The notes: generated from the letters alone by a model not told the origin. Counted from the first letter of the stretch, positions 18,355 to 28,345 are shown. The stretch is DNA of 64,000 nucleotides from Polaromonas sp. (GCF_043778355.1 NZ_JAYWHI010000031.1:60202-124201); one strand, 5' to 3'. Made by a program: numbers and translations.

Positions 18355-18978
18355 GTGATGCAATCGTTTTTACTGGCGGTGGACCGCTTTTCAACCTGGA
18401 TCGGCAAGGCCTGCGCCTGGAGCGTGGTCGTGCTGACTTTGCTGATCAGTTGGGAAGTGTTCAACCGCTACGTACTCAACAATCCACACGCCTGGGTACT
18501 GGATGCGCAGATCATGCTGTATGGCCTGTTGTTCATGATGGCCGGCGCCTACACCCTGAGCAAGAACGGCCATGTGCGCGGTGACGTGCTGTATGGCTTT
18601 CTCCAGCCACGCACGCAGGCGATTGTGGATCTGACGCTCTACATCATCTTCTTCCTGCCGGGCGTGATTGCACTGACCTGGGCCGGTTGGACCTACGCCA
18701 ATGAGTCACTGGCGATCCGGGAGCAGACGTTCAATGCTGATCCGCTCCCGCTGTATCCCTTCAAATTCGTCATCCCGGTGTCGGGATTTATCTTGCTGCT
18801 ACAGGGCATCGTGGAAATCATCCGCTGTATCCAGTGCATACAGACCGGCGCCTGGCCGGCGCGCGAGGGCGATGTGGAGGAAGTGGACGTGGAAAAACTC
18901 AAGGAGATGGTGCACGTGAAAGACGAAGACATGGCCGCGCTGGAGCGCGACCTGGCCCTCAAGGGGAACCAGAAATGA
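18355..18978 (+). CDS. TRAP transporter small permease DctQ
   Basis: 4 TM segments, HVRGDVLY motif, position between dctP and dctM. Confidence 0.88.
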   Translation: MMQSFLLAVDRFSTWIGKACAWSVVVLTLLISWEVFNRYVLNNPHAWVLDAQIMLYGLLFMMAGAYTLSKNGHVRGDVLYGFLQPRTQAIVDLTLYIIFFLPGVIALTWAGWTYANESLAIREQTFNADPLPLYPFKFVIPVSGFILLLQGIVEIIRCIQCIQTGAWPAREGDVEEVDVEKLKEMVHVKDEDMAALERDLALKGNQK

Positions 18979-20945
18979 AGATTCGCAAGGAACTCTGGTT
19001 CGGCCTGTCCTTCATGGCGCTGGTGGTGATTGGCCTCGCCGCACTGCTGCTGAGCGTTGAGAAAATCACCAACGGGCACCTGGGCCTGCTGATGTTGGGC
19101 CTGGTGGTGACGGCCATCATGCTGGGTTTTCCGACGGCTTTCACGCTGATGGGCATGGGCATGATTTTTACCTGGCTGGCCTATGACAGGAACAGCACAA
19201 AAACGCTGGACCTGATGGTCCAGGCCGCCTTCAAGACCATGTCCAGTGACGTGTTGATCGCGATTCCGCTGTTTGTGTTCATGGGTTATCTGGTTGAACG
19301 GGCCAACCTGATCGAAAAACTCTTCAAGAGTCTGCACTTGGCGCTGGCCAGGGTTCCAGGTTCGCTGGCTGTGGCCACGCTGGTGACCTGCGCGATTTTT
19401 GCGACAGCCACCGGTATCGTGGGGGCGGTGGTTACGCTGATGGGCCTGCTGGCGCTGCCAGCCATGCTGCGCGCCGGTTATAGCGTGCCGCTTGCTGCAG
19501 GCGCCATCACGGCGGGCGGCTGCCTGGGCATCCTGATCCCCCCTTCCGTGTTGCTGATTGTTTACGGCGCCACGGCCGGGGTGTCCGTCGTGCAGTTGTA
19601 CGCAGGCGCGTTTTTTCCGGGCCTGATGCTCACGGGTCTTTACATCATTTATGTGATCATCATCGCCAAGATCAAGCCGCAGTGGGCGCCCCCCCTGTCG
19701 GCTGCAGACCGCATGGTGACGCTGCCGCCGCAGACGCAGCAGTTGACCACCAGCACAGCCGCACATGCCCTGACTGGCCTGTTCAACGCGCTCAAGGGCA
19801 AACGCAATGCCGGGGTGCCCTTGGGACACATCCTGCGGCAGTTGGCGGTTGTGATCCTGCCGGGCCTGCTCTTTCTGCTGGTGCTTGTCACCAGCTACCG
19901 GGCGGTCACCACGGTTGAGGCCGATGCTGTCTACGACATCCAGCAGATAGGCGCCTCCAGCGCGTCCGTCGCCCCAGGCGCTGATTCTGGCGGTTTGCAG
20001 GAGCCTCCCCAGGAGGGCAGCTTGAAGGAGCCGCCTGCCGAAGGCGGCCTTCAGGAGCCCCCGTCAGGCGATGTCAAGGAGCCACCACCCGGCGCTGAAA
20101 CTCCCGCTGCGCCCGCAGCCGCAGCTGTGGCAGAACCGCCCGCAGCAGCCACCGCCAGCGCCGACACAACAACTGCTGGCGCAACCACACGCGATGCGCC
20201 GACCTGGTGGTGGGTCTGCTTTGCCATTCTCGGCGCGCTGGTCACCCTCTTCTATCTTTTCCTGAGTTTTGCGCGGCTGGAAATCTTCAAGATGCTCCTG
20301 ACCTCGTTCTTCCCGCTGATGATTCTCATCATCTCGGTGCTTGGGTCCATCGTGATGGGGCTGGCCACACCGACGGAAGCCGCGGCCATGGGCGCCTTGG
20401 GTGGATTTGTTCTGGCCATCGCCTACAAACGCCTGACACTGTCGGTGCTTCAGGAGTCGGTTTTCCTGACTGCCAAGACCTCCGCCATGGTGTGCTGGCT
20501 GTTCGTTGGCTCGGCCATTTTCTCGGCGGCCTTTGCACTGCTGGGCGGCCAGGAACTGGTGGAGACCTGGGTGCTCAGCATGAACCTGAGCAAGACCCAG
20601 TTTCTGGTGTTGAGCCAGGCGATTATTTTCATTCTGGGCTGGCCGCTGGAATGGACCGAAATCATCGTGATCTTCATGCCCATCTTCATCCCGTTGCTCG
20701 ACAACTTCGGGGTCGATCCCTTGTTTTTCGGCCTGCTGGTGGCGCTGAATTTGCAAACGGCTTTCCTGAGCCCGCCGGTGGCCATGGCCGCCTTCTACCT
20801 CAAAGGCGTGGCACCGAAACACGTCACCTTGAACCAGATTTTCCTGGGCATGCTGCCGTTCATGGGCATCCAGATTCTGGCCATCATCCTTCTGTACCAG
20901 TTTCCCGCGATCGGCCTGTGGCTACCGCAACTGCTGTACAAATAA
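18975..20945 (+). CDS. TRAP transporter large permease DctM with low-complexity insertion
   Basis: AIPLFVFMG, GCLGILIPPS, ATPTEAAA, AFLSPP motifs; start trimmed to ATG 18975 overlapping the dctQ stop. Confidence 0.9.
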   Translation: MKIRKELWFGLSFMALVVIGLAALLLSVEKITNGHLGLLMLGLVVTAIMLGFPTAFTLMGMGMIFTWLAYDRNSTKTLDLMVQAAFKTMSSDVLIAIPLFVFMGYLVERANLIEKLFKSLHLALARVPGSLAVATLVTCAIFATATGIVGAVVTLMGLLALPAMLRAGYSVPLAAGAITAGGCLGILIPPSVLLIVYGATAGVSVVQLYAGAFFPGLMLTGLYIIYVIIIAKIKPQWAPPLSAADRMVTLPPQTQQLTTSTAAHALTGLFNALKGKRNAGVPLGHILRQLAVVILPGLLFLLVLVTSYRAVTTVEADAVYDIQQIGASSASVAPGADSGGLQEPPQEGSLKEPPAEGGLQEPPSGDVKEPPPGAETPAAPAAAAVAEPPAAATASADTTTAGATTRDAPTWWWVCFAILGALVTLFYLFLSFARLEIFKMLLTSFFPLMILIISVLGSIVMGLATPTEAAAMGALGGFVLAIAYKRLTLSVLQESVFLTAKTSAMVCWLFVGSAIFSAAFALLGGQELVETWVLSMNLSKTQFLVLSQAIIFILGWPLEWTEIIVIFMPIFIPLLDNFGVDPLFFGLLVALNLQTAFLSPPVAMAAFYLKGVAPKHVTLNQIFLGMLPFMGIQILAIILLYQFPAIGLWLPQLLYK

Positions 20946-20972
20946 GCAGCCTCGTTACCTGTTTCACACATC

Positions 20973-20996
20973 AGGGGCGCGAAAGCGCCCCTTTTT
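20973..20996 (+). terminator. Rho-independent terminator after dctM
   Basis: AGGGGCGC-GAAA-GCGCCCCT followed by TTTT. Confidence 0.85.
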
Positions 20997-21015
20997 CATT
21001 GTCAAACACGCTAAG

Positions 21016-21039
21016 ATTGACGTTTACGTAAACGTCAAT
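21016..21039. promoter_or_regulatory. Perfect 24-bp palindrome, LiuR-like operator upstream of ppk2-icmF
   Basis: ATTGACGTTTACGTAAACGTCAAT; ACGT-N2-ACGT core resembles the LiuR (MerR family) motif; contains the -35-like hexamer TTGACG. Confidence 0.7.
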
Positions 21040-21079
21040 AAGACCGGCAGTCCGTGCTGCCGGCTGAACGGAGACAGTC

Positions 21080-21922
21080 ATGGCGAAAAAAAACCTGTCC
21101 TCACCCCTGCTGGCCAGTTGGCAGCCGCCGGTCGGAAACCGCGCGACGGCCTTTTCGCTGGCCGCGCTGGACCCAGCCGCCAAGCCCTGGTCCAGCGGTG
21201 ACAAGGAAGCCGACAAGGCACGCGTCGATGCGCTGGCCATGGAGCTCGACACGCTGCAGGACCAGTTCTACGCCGACCGGCGCTTCAAGCTGCTGGTGGT
21301 GCTGCAGGGCACGGACACCTCGGGCAAGGACGGCACGCTGCGCAGCGTGTTCAGCCGCACCAGCCCACTCGGCGTGCACACCATCGGCTGGAAAGCGCCC
21401 TCTGCCGCCGACAAGGCCCATGACTACCTGTGGCGCATCCACCAGGCGGTGCCGGGTGCTGGCGAAATGGTGATCTTCAACCGCAGCCACTACGAAGACG
21501 TCCTAGTGCCCGTGGTCAACGGCTGGATCACGCCGGCGCAAACCAGACAGCGTTACCAGCAGATCAACGACTTCGAGCGCATGCTCAGTGAGACCGGCAC
21601 GGTGATCCTGAAGTTCATGCTGCACATCGGCTTTGAGGAGCAGCGCGAGCGCCTGCAGGAGCGCGTCGACGACCCGGCCAAACACTGGAAATTCAGCATG
21701 GACGACCTCACCGTGCGCAAGCAGTGGGGCGACTACCAGAAGGCCTACCAGGCGCTGCTGCGCGCGACCAGCACCGCGCACGCACCCTGGACCATCGTTC
21801 CCGCCAATTCCAAGACACACCGCAACCTGATGATCGCCACCGTCGTGCGCGATACCCTGAAAAAACTCAAGCTGCGTTATCCCCCCAGCGACCCCCGGCT
21901 TGCCGGCCTGAAGATCCGCTGA
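21080..21922 (+). CDS. ppk2: Polyphosphate kinase 2 family, class III-like
   Basis: LQGTDTSGKDG Walker A, FNRSHYEDVL Walker B region, KHWKFS lid. Confidence 0.88.
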   Translation: MAKKNLSSPLLASWQPPVGNRATAFSLAALDPAAKPWSSGDKEADKARVDALAMELDTLQDQFYADRRFKLLVVLQGTDTSGKDGTLRSVFSRTSPLGVHTIGWKAPSAADKAHDYLWRIHQAVPGAGEMVIFNRSHYEDVLVPVVNGWITPAQTRQRYQQINDFERMLSETGTVILKFMLHIGFEEQRERLQERVDDPAKHWKFSMDDLTVRKQWGDYQKAYQALLRATSTAHAPWTIVPANSKTHRNLMIATVVRDTLKKLKLRYPPSDPRLAGLKIR

Positions 21923-21943
21923 AGCCCCCCGAGAAAGAGCACC

Positions 21944-24900
21944 ATGACCGATCTGTCCGCCGAATACAAAGCCCTCGCCAGCTACCGTCCCACGCACAAA
22001 GTGCGTTTTGTCACCGCCGCATCGCTGTTTGACGGGCATGACGCTGCCATCAACATCATGCGGCGCATCTTGCAGGGCATGGGCGCCGAGGTGATTCACC
22101 TGGGGCACAACCGCAGTGTTGACGAGGTCGTGACCGCCGCGCTACAGGAAGACGCGCAGGGCATTGCCATCAGTTCCTACCAGGGCGGCCATGTAGAGTA
22201 CTTCAAGTACATGGTGGACCTGCTCAAAAGCCGCGGCGGCGAACACATCCAGGTCTTTGGCGGTGGCGGCGGCGTGATTGTGCCGCCGGAAATTCGCGAA
22301 CTGCAGGCCTACGGCGTGACGCGCATCTACAGCCCCGAAGACGGCCAGAAAATGGGCCTGGCAGGCATGATCGGCGAGATGGTGATGCGCTGCGACAAGG
22401 ACCTGACCGGCTTTGCGCCGGCGGACATCCAGGCCATCCAGGGCCATGGCGAAATGGCCTGGCGGGCGCTGGCCCAGCTCATCACTGCTCTGGAAAACGG
22501 CCAGGCAGATACGAGCCTGGTGCAAACCTTGGGAATACAGGCCCTGGATAAAAAGATACCGGTGCTTGGCATCACCGGCACCGGCGGCGCCGGCAAGTCC
22601 TCGCTGACCGACGAGCTGATCCGACGCCTGCGGCTGGACCAGAACGACCAGTTGCGCGTGGCCATCATCAGCATCGATCCCTCGCGGCGCAAGAGCGGCG
22701 GCGCGCTGCTCGGCGACCGCATCCGCATGAACGCCATCAATCCGTGGGCTGGCGGACAACGGGTGTTTATGCGATCTCTGGCCACGCGCGACTTCGGCTC
22801 CGAAATCAGCAAGGCACTGCCCGACGTGATCGCTGCCTGCAAGGTCGCGGGCTTCGACCTGATTGTGGTCGAGACCTCGGGCATCGGCCAAGGCGACGCG
22901 GCCATCGTGCCGCATGTGGACGTGCCGCTGTACGTGATGACGCCCGAGTTCGGCGCGGCCAGCCAGCTTGAAAAAATCGACATGCTGGACTTTGCCGAGT
23001 TCATCGCGATCAACAAGTTCGACCGCAAGGGCTCGCTCGACGCCCTGCGCGATGTGGCCAAGCAGGTGCAGCGCAACAAGGAGGCCTGGACCACGCCAGC
23101 CGACCAGATGCCGGTGTTCGGTACCATGGCGGCGCGCTTCAACGATGACGGCGTCACCGCGCTCTACCAGGCGCTGAAACCGCGTCTCGCCGGGCTGGGC
23201 CTGACGCTGTCCGCAGGCACCCTGCCGATGGCCGAGGTGCGCCACAGCACTAACCAGACACCGGTGGTGCCTGCGGCGCGCACGCGTTACCTGGCCGAAA
23301 TCAGCGACACGGTGCGCGGGTACAAGAAGCGCGCCCGCGCCCAGGCACAGCTCGCGCGTGAAGTGCAACAGCTCAAGGCCGCTGCTGCCATGCTCAAGAT
23401 CGACAAACCTGGCCGCGCCCCCGCCGCCGAAGCCGCGCTGGACCTGGCCGGTCACCGCAAGGCGCGCATGGATGGCGACGCGCGTGCCCTGCTGGCCCAG
23501 TGGCCCGACATGCAGGCCGCCTATGCCGGCGATGAATACGTCGTCAAAATTCGCGACAGGGAAATCCGCACGGCACTGACCACCAAATCACTGTCGGGCA
23601 CCACCATCCGCAAGGTGGCGCTGCCGCAGTACGAGGACCACGGCGAAATCCTCAAGTGGCTGATGCTCGACAACGTGCCGGGCAGCTACCCCTACACCGC
23701 CGGCACCTTCGCCTTCAAGCGCGAGGGCGAGGACCCGACCCGCATGTTTGCCGGCGAGGGCGACGCCTTCCGGACCAACACACGTTTCAAGCTGCTGTCC
23801 GAAGGCATGGCCGCCAAGCGCCTGTCCACCGCGTTCGACTCGGTCACGCTGTATGGCAACGACCCGGCCCTGCGGCCCGACATCTACGGCAAGGTCGGCA
23901 ACTCCGGCGTATCGATTGCCACGCTGGACGACATGAAGGTGCTGTACGACGGTTTTGATTTGTGCAACCCGTCGACCTCCGTGTCCATGACCATCAACGG
24001 GCCGGCGCCCAGCATCCTCGCGATGTTCATGAACACCGCCATCGACCAGAATCTCGACAAGTTCAAGAAGGACAATGGCCGGGACCCGACGCCGACCGAG
24101 ACCGAAAAAATCCGCGAGTGGGTGCAGGAAAACGTGCGCGGTACCGTGCAGGCGGACATCCTGAAAGAAGACCAGGGCCAGAACACCTGTATTTTTTCGA
24201 CCGAATTCAGCCTCAAGGTGATGGGGGACATTGCGCAGTATTTTGTGCACAACCGGGTGCGCAACTTCTACAGCGTCTCCATCAGCGGTTATCACATTGC
24301 CGAAGCCGGCGCCAATCCGATCAGCCAGCTGGCTTTCACGCTGTCCAACGGTTTCACCTTTGTCGAAGCCTACCTCGCGCGTGGCATGCACATCGACGAC
24401 TTCGCGCCGAATTTGAGTTTTTTCTTCAGCAACGGCATGGACCCGGAATACACCGTGATGGGCCGCGTCGCGCGCCGTATCTGGGCCGTCGCCATGAAGG
24501 AAAAATACGGCGCGAACGAACGCAGCCAGAAGCTCAAGTACCACATCCAGACCTCGGGCCGCAGCCTGCATGCGCAGGAAATCCAGTTCAACGACATCCG
24601 CACCACCCTGCAGGCGCTGATCGCGATTTACGACAACTGCAACAGCCTGCATACCAACGCCTTTGACGAAGCCATCACCACGCCGACCGAAGAATCGGTG
24701 CGCCGCGCGATGGCAATACAGCTCATCATCAACCGCGAGTGGGGCCTTGCAAAAAACGAGAACCCCTCACAGGGCGCTTTCATCATCGAGGAACTGACTG
24801 AATTGCTCGAAGAAGCCGTGCTGCTGGAGTTCGAACGTATTGCCGAACGCGGCGGCGTGCTGGGCGCCATGGAAACCGGCTACCAGCGCGGCCGCATCCA

Positions 24901-25237
24901 GGACGAGTCCATGCATTACGAGATGCTCAAACACACCGGCGAACTGCCCATCATCGGCGTCAACACCTTTCGCAATCCGCACGGCGACGCGGTGCAGGAC
25001 AAGCTGGAACTGGCCCGCTCCACCGACGAGGAAAAGCAAAATCAGCTCCAGCGCCTGAATGACTTCCGTGCCCAACACGCCGCCGAATCCCCGGCGATGC
25101 TCAAGCGCTTGCAGCAGGCGGTGATTGAAAACGCCAATGTGTTTGAAGTGCTGATGGACGCGGTGCGTGTCTGCTCACTGGGGCAGATCACCAATGCCCT
25201 GTTCGAAGTGGGTGGGCAATACCGGCGGAATATGTAG
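21944..25237 (+). CDS. icmF: Fused isobutyryl-CoA mutase / MeaB-like GTPase (IcmF)
   Basis: N-terminal B12-binding [21 protein letters not shown]-loop, [13 protein letters not shown]-terminal mutase barrel [17 protein letters not shown]; 1097 aa. Confidence 0.96.
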   Translation: MTDLSAEYKALASYRPTHKVRFVTAASLFDGHDAAINIMRRILQGMGAEVIHLGHNRSVDEVVTAALQEDAQGIAISSYQGGHVEYFKYMVDLLKSRGGEHIQVFGGGGGVIVPPEIRELQAYGVTRIYSPEDGQKMGLAGMIGEMVMRCDKDLTGFAPADIQAIQGHGEMAWRALAQLITALENGQADTSLVQTLGIQALDKKIPVLGITGTGGAGKSSLTDELIRRLRLDQNDQLRVAIISIDPSRRKSGGALLGDRIRMNAINPWAGGQRVFMRSLATRDFGSEISKALPDVIAACKVAGFDLIVVETSGIGQGDAAIVPHVDVPLYVMTPEFGAASQLEKIDMLDFAEFIAINKFDRKGSLDALRDVAKQVQRNKEAWTTPADQMPVFGTMAARFNDDGVTALYQALKPRLAGLGLTLSAGTLPMAEVRHSTNQTPVVPAARTRYLAEISDTVRGYKKRARAQAQLAREVQQLKAAAAMLKIDKPGRAPAAEAALDLAGHRKARMDGDARALLAQWPDMQAAYAGDEYVVKIRDREIRTALTTKSLSGTTIRKVALPQYEDHGEILKWLMLDNVPGSYPYTAGTFAFKREGEDPTRMFAGEGDAFRTNTRFKLLSEGMAAKRLSTAFDSVTLYGNDPALRPDIYGKVGNSGVSIATLDDMKVLYDGFDLCNPSTSVSMTINGPAPSILAMFMNTAIDQNLDKFKKDNGRDPTPTETEKIREWVQENVRGTVQADILKEDQGQNTCIFSTEFSLKVMGDIAQYFVHNRVRNFYSVSISGYHIAEAGANPISQLAFTLSNGFTFVEAYLARGMHIDDFAPNLSFFFSNGMDPEYTVMGRVARRIWAVAMKEKYGANERSQKLKYHIQTSGRSLHAQEIQFNDIRTTLQALIAIYDNCNSLHTNAFDEAITTPTEESVRRAMAIQLIINREWGLAKNENPSQGAFIIEELTELLEEAVLLEFERIAERGGVLGAMETGYQRGRIQDESMHYEMLKHTGELPIIGVNTFRNPHGDAVQDKLELARSTDEEKQNQLQRLNDFRAQHAAESPAMLKRLQQAVIENANVFEVLMDAVRVCSLGQITNALFEVGGQYRRNM

Positions 25238-25240
25238 AGT

Positions 25241-25306
25241 TGCTATTTATTTGATAGCTGGTGGCGCTTGTTGCATATCGGTCAGAAGCACTTTTTACCA
25301 AAAATC
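25241..25306 (+). repeat. ~65-bp dispersed repeat (TGCTAT..ATAGC family), copy 2
   Basis: TGCTATTTATTTGATAGCTGGTGGCGC...; begins 3 bp after the icmF stop. Confidence 0.75.
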
Positions 25307-25353
25307 CAGCGTCACGCTGCTGCTGTGGCTTGCTACGAGCAGCAGTTTCAACT

Positions 25354-25408
25354 CCCCACTCCCATCCCCCCGCCCTTCCCTCGCCCCGCTGGGCGAGAGA
25401 AGGGAGCC
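25354..25408. repeat. CCCTCTCCC..GGGAGAGGG-type hairpin repeat variant
   Basis: CCCTTCCCTCGCCC-CGCT-GGGCGAGAGAAGGG imperfect stem preceded by a C-rich leader. Confidence 0.5.
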
Positions 25409-25524
25409 TCATTTGGCCGCGTGTGCGGCGCTCACGTGCAGACATGACGGTCTGTTGGGATTCCCGTGCTTAAAGCGCTTCGCGCTTCCTGCACTCCGGA
25501 TTTGGTATTGGTATTCAGCCTTCT

Positions 25525-25755
25525 CTGCCACCCGTCGGGCTGGGCCGAGGAGCGCAGCCGAAAACGGATCAGGACGGGCGATTGTCTGAGTGCAGCGAGT
25601 TCGAGCCCGGCCCCGGTTTCGGCGAGCACCGCAGGTTGCCCCGAAGCGCAGCGCAGGGGACCCAGACCATCGGGTCGCCTTCTCTTTGCTTACTTTCTCT
25701 TGGCGAAGCAAGAGAAAGTGAGTCGCCCGCCGGGGCGAGACCCGGCTTGCTGGCC
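25525..25755 (+). repeat. ~230-bp structured dispersed element (GGGTCGCCTT..TTTGCTTACTTTCTCTTGGCGAAGCAAGAGAAAGTGAGTCGCCCGCCGGGGCGAGACCCGG)
   Basis: Multiple hairpins such as ACTTTCTCTTG-GCGAAG-CAAGAGAAAGT; I recall similar sequence as a recurrent intergenic element of Burkholderiales (not verified here). Confidence 0.6.
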
Positions 25756-25781
25756 TATCCAACTGCACGAGTTGTCCAACA

Positions 25782-25810
25782 TGGATCCCGAATCAAGTCC
25801 GGGATGACAA
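25782..25810. repeat. Half REP-like element TGGATCCCG..CGGGATGAC
   Basis: Related to the right arm of the 7436-7506 element. Confidence 0.6.
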
Positions 25811-25824
25811 GTCCAATCCAACAT

Positions 25825-26550
25825 TCAATTCAGAGCCGTCCACAACAAAGCCACCCCCGAACACAACAACAAACCATCCAGCACATACCCATGTGCCGCA
25901 GCACTCATGCGCAGCACCAGCGCCTTGCCCGCAAAGGTGCCTGCCATCAGCGAGGCGCCAACGATCAGCCCTTGCAGCAGCACGTCGACCGGCAGCGCGC
26001 CAAACTCGCGGAAGGTCAGCGCTTTGCTGATGTAGATGAACAGCGAACTGGCAGCTTCCGTCGCCAGGAAAGCGCCCTTGACCAAACCATAGGCCAGGAA
26101 CACCGGAACACTGAGCGGGCCGGTGGACAACACGACGCCGGTGAGAAACCCGATCACTGCGCCGGCAGTCGCCAGATGCCACAGCCTGGCCTTCCATTGC
26201 AGGCGCATCAACAGGTGGCGGACGGGAATCATGGCCAGAAAAAACACGCCCAGCGAAACTTCAATGAGGCGCGGTGGCAGGGCCAGCAAGGTGCGGGCAC
26301 CCAGGGCCGCTGCCGGCACGCCGGTGACGGCGTAGGCAGCCACCGCTTTCCAGTCCACCTCGCGCCACCAGGCCAGCACCCGCGCCAGGTTGGCCATCAG
26401 CGCAGCTATCGCCATGATGGGCACAGCCTGCTTCGGCCCAAAGCTGTGGACAAGCACCGGCAACAACATGATGGAGGAACCAGCGCCAATGATGCCGCTG
26501 AGGCAGCCGGCGGCAAAACCGGCGAGCAGGACGAAGATGTAGACCGCCAT
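25825..26550 (-). CDS. Sulfite exporter TauE/SafE family membrane protein
   Basis: GCLSGIIGAGSSIMLLP, GFLTGVVLSTGP repeats; about 8 TM segments. Confidence 0.82.
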   Translation of the reverse strand: MAVYIFVLLAGFAAGCLSGIIGAGSSIMLLPVLVHSFGPKQAVPIMAIAALMANLARVLAWWREVDWKAVAAYAVTGVPAAALGARTLLALPPRLIEVSLGVFFLAMIPVRHLLMRLQWKARLWHLATAGAVIGFLTGVVLSTGPLSVPVFLAYGLVKGAFLATEAASSLFIYISKALTFREFGALPVDVLLQGLIVGASLMAGTFAGKALVLRMSAAAHGYVLDGLLLCSGVALLWTALN

Positions 26551-26579
26551 GTGTCAGGCGGGTCCGTCTGACGCGCAGC

Positions 26580-26603
26580 AAAAAGCCCCGCAGGACGGGG
26601 CTT
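26580..26603 (-). terminator. Intrinsic terminator downstream of the 54-aa ORF
   Basis: Minus strand GCCCCG-TCCTG-CGGGGC-TTTTT. Confidence 0.65.
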
Positions 26604-26656
26604 GCTGCAAAGACACCCCCATCAGTCAGTCACGATGGAAGTGGGCGCCTGAGGGC

Positions 26657-26821
26657 TTAACCGCCTTTGTGCGGGCGCTTGCCAGGGTTCTTTTTGCTGC
26701 GGGTCCAGGTGCCACGCTCCAGGCTGACCTTCTGGCCACGGCCAGCGGTGCGGGTCATGCCAGGTGCGGGAACGGGTTTGGGGGCGCAGATGTCGGCTTC
26801 GACGCGGATTTTTTTGGGCAT
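26657..26821 (-). CDS. Small basic protein, 54 aa (absent from ORF track)
   Basis: MPKKIRVEADICAPKPVPAPGMTRTAGRGQKVSLERGTWTRSKKNPGKRPHKGG*; GGAG 6 nt before ATG; downstream terminator. Confidence 0.6.
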   Translation of the reverse strand: MPKKIRVEADICAPKPVPAPGMTRTAGRGQKVSLERGTWTRSKKNPGKRPHKGG

Positions 26822-27075
26822 GGAGGGCTCCGGGTTGGAAAAATGGCAGAACCCGGTATTTTAAGCCACCGGGAGGGCTCCTGGGCCAGGGCTTGATTCG
26901 GCCCATGGGTCTGCCCGGAAATTCAGATCATTTCCAGCGCAGAGGGCCCCAATCGAGGCGGGAGCAGCAGGTCGAGATCAGTCCGTTGCGCCGTATCCAG
27001 CAAAAGATCTGCGGCCGCGACGCCCAGCGCGGAGGAGCGACTCACCGCAAGGCCATCGCACGGTTTTCATGGCAC

Positions 27076-28137
27076 TCACACCGGCGCGCGCAGCGGCAGA
27101 TTGACCAGCAGGTTCTGCGGCTTGACCCGAAGCACCCGGTCGGCATTCATCATCAGGCCCAGGTAGACCGGTTTGCCGGCCACGTCGGCGCGCATCTCCT
27201 GCGGATCGGCGAAATCCAGCCGGAACAGGCTGACCAGGCGCTGCATACGTTCGGGCGCGACGTCGCTGCCTTCGTACAAATCATTGAGCAGCGCGGTCGC
27301 ATCAATGTCCAGACCCACATGCCAGCGCCAGGCCTCGTCATCCACTTTTTGCAGCGGCCGGATGGTGACAGCCACGCCGAGGAAATGCTGCACCCATTTC
27401 TCCAGCACACGGGCCAGCGCCTTCAGACCGGAGCGCGCGCGTGTCAGGGTGAACACCAGGCCGTGGCTCAGGTCGTTGTTGATTTCGTGCGTCAGATCCA
27501 GCAGGAAGCTGTGGCGCTCGCTGTTGGCCCAGTAATCGGGGGCGTTGCTGTCTGACAGCACCTGCATCTCGATGCTGCGCAGCGGCGCCTTGGCTTCCGC
27601 GAGGAAGCGCCCGAAGTCGCCGAGTCCGCCGTGGTCCTTGAGCATGTCGAGCCGGTCGCGGTCGCCCGCCAGCACCTGCCCGTCCTCGGTGGAGATGCGC
27701 TGCGGCCGAAACAACATCTCGGCAGCACGCACTTCATAGGCATCGGTCACGTCGTCGAGCAGGTTGCGGACGATGGCCTGCGCGAGCAGGTCAAGAAACA
27801 GCGGCGGGATGCTGATGCTGCCAGCGCGGAACAGGCCCAGGTAATAGGCCTCCAGGGTGCCGGCGTCCAGCAGCCCATCGCGAAAACGCAGGAACAGGCC
27901 GTAACTCTCACGTGCGTCAGGGTCCTGCAGGGCCTGCAATTCGGCCTCGCTCACCGGCCGCGCCGGAGCGGTCTGCAAGGCTGCATGCAGCGCCTGCTCG
28001 GCCGCGCAGGACTCGGGCAGCAAGGCCAGCTCAGGGCGGCCCAGGAACAGGCGCAGGTAATCGTCGGAGGGCTGCAACCAGCCGCGCGGGTTGCGCTGGA
28101 GCTGGGTGAAACCGCTGGAAGGCCAGAAATCTTGCAT
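27076..28137 (-). CDS. Conserved hypothetical protein (DUF6352-like)
   Basis: MQDFW..LFLGRPEL..PESCAAE, WRWHVGLD, KPVYLGLMM..KPQNLLVNLP recalled from the family; start trimmed to ATG 28137. Confidence 0.6.
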   Translation of the reverse strand: MQDFWPSSGFTQLQRNPRGWLQPSDDYLRLFLGRPELALLPESCAAEQALHAALQTAPARPVSEAELQALQDPDARESYGLFLRFRDGLLDAGTLEAYYLGLFRAGSISIPPLFLDLLAQAIVRNLLDDVTDAYEVRAAEMLFRPQRISTEDGQVLAGDRDRLDMLKDHGGLGDFGRFLAEAKAPLRSIEMQVLSDSNAPDYWANSERHSFLLDLTHEINNDLSHGLVFTLTRARSGLKALARVLEKWVQHFLGVAVTIRPLQKVDDEAWRWHVGLDIDATALLNDLYEGSDVAPERMQRLVSLFRLDFADPQEMRADVAGKPVYLGLMMNADRVLRVKPQNLLVNLPLRAPV

Positions 28138-28172
28138 GGTGCAATCGTCGCATATTGGCAGAGGCATCAATT

Positions 28173-28239
28173 TGCTATGTTTTTAATAGCTGCTTGCGCT
28201 TGCTGGCTATGGGCTGGGGTCCGATTTGATGCTTAAAAC
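28173..28239 (+). repeat. ~65-bp dispersed repeat (TGCTAT..ATAGC family), copy 3
   Basis: TGCTATGTTTTTAATAGCTGCTTGCGCTTGCTGGCTATGGGCTGG..CCGATTTGA; core nearly identical to the copy at 61903-61970. Confidence 0.8.
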
Positions 28240-28345
28240 CCGACGCAGAGGTGGTTTCTGGAGGGAAATCGACCTGCAGCCAATGTCTTCCGCTTTGCGT
28301 ACAGTAAGGCATCGTGCGTTGCCGCGCGCCAGATGGAGAACAGCC

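Noticed and set aside
25432-25807. Short ORFs across the icmF-tauE intergenic region
   Set aside because: They derive from stacked repeat elements; low-complexity translations without domain features
26910-27070. Possible frameshifted small membrane or secreted ORF (MKTVRW... / ...ALGVAAADLLLD...) downstream of the DUF6352-like gene
   Set aside because: Needs an assumed frameshift and resembles nothing I recognise; insufficient support
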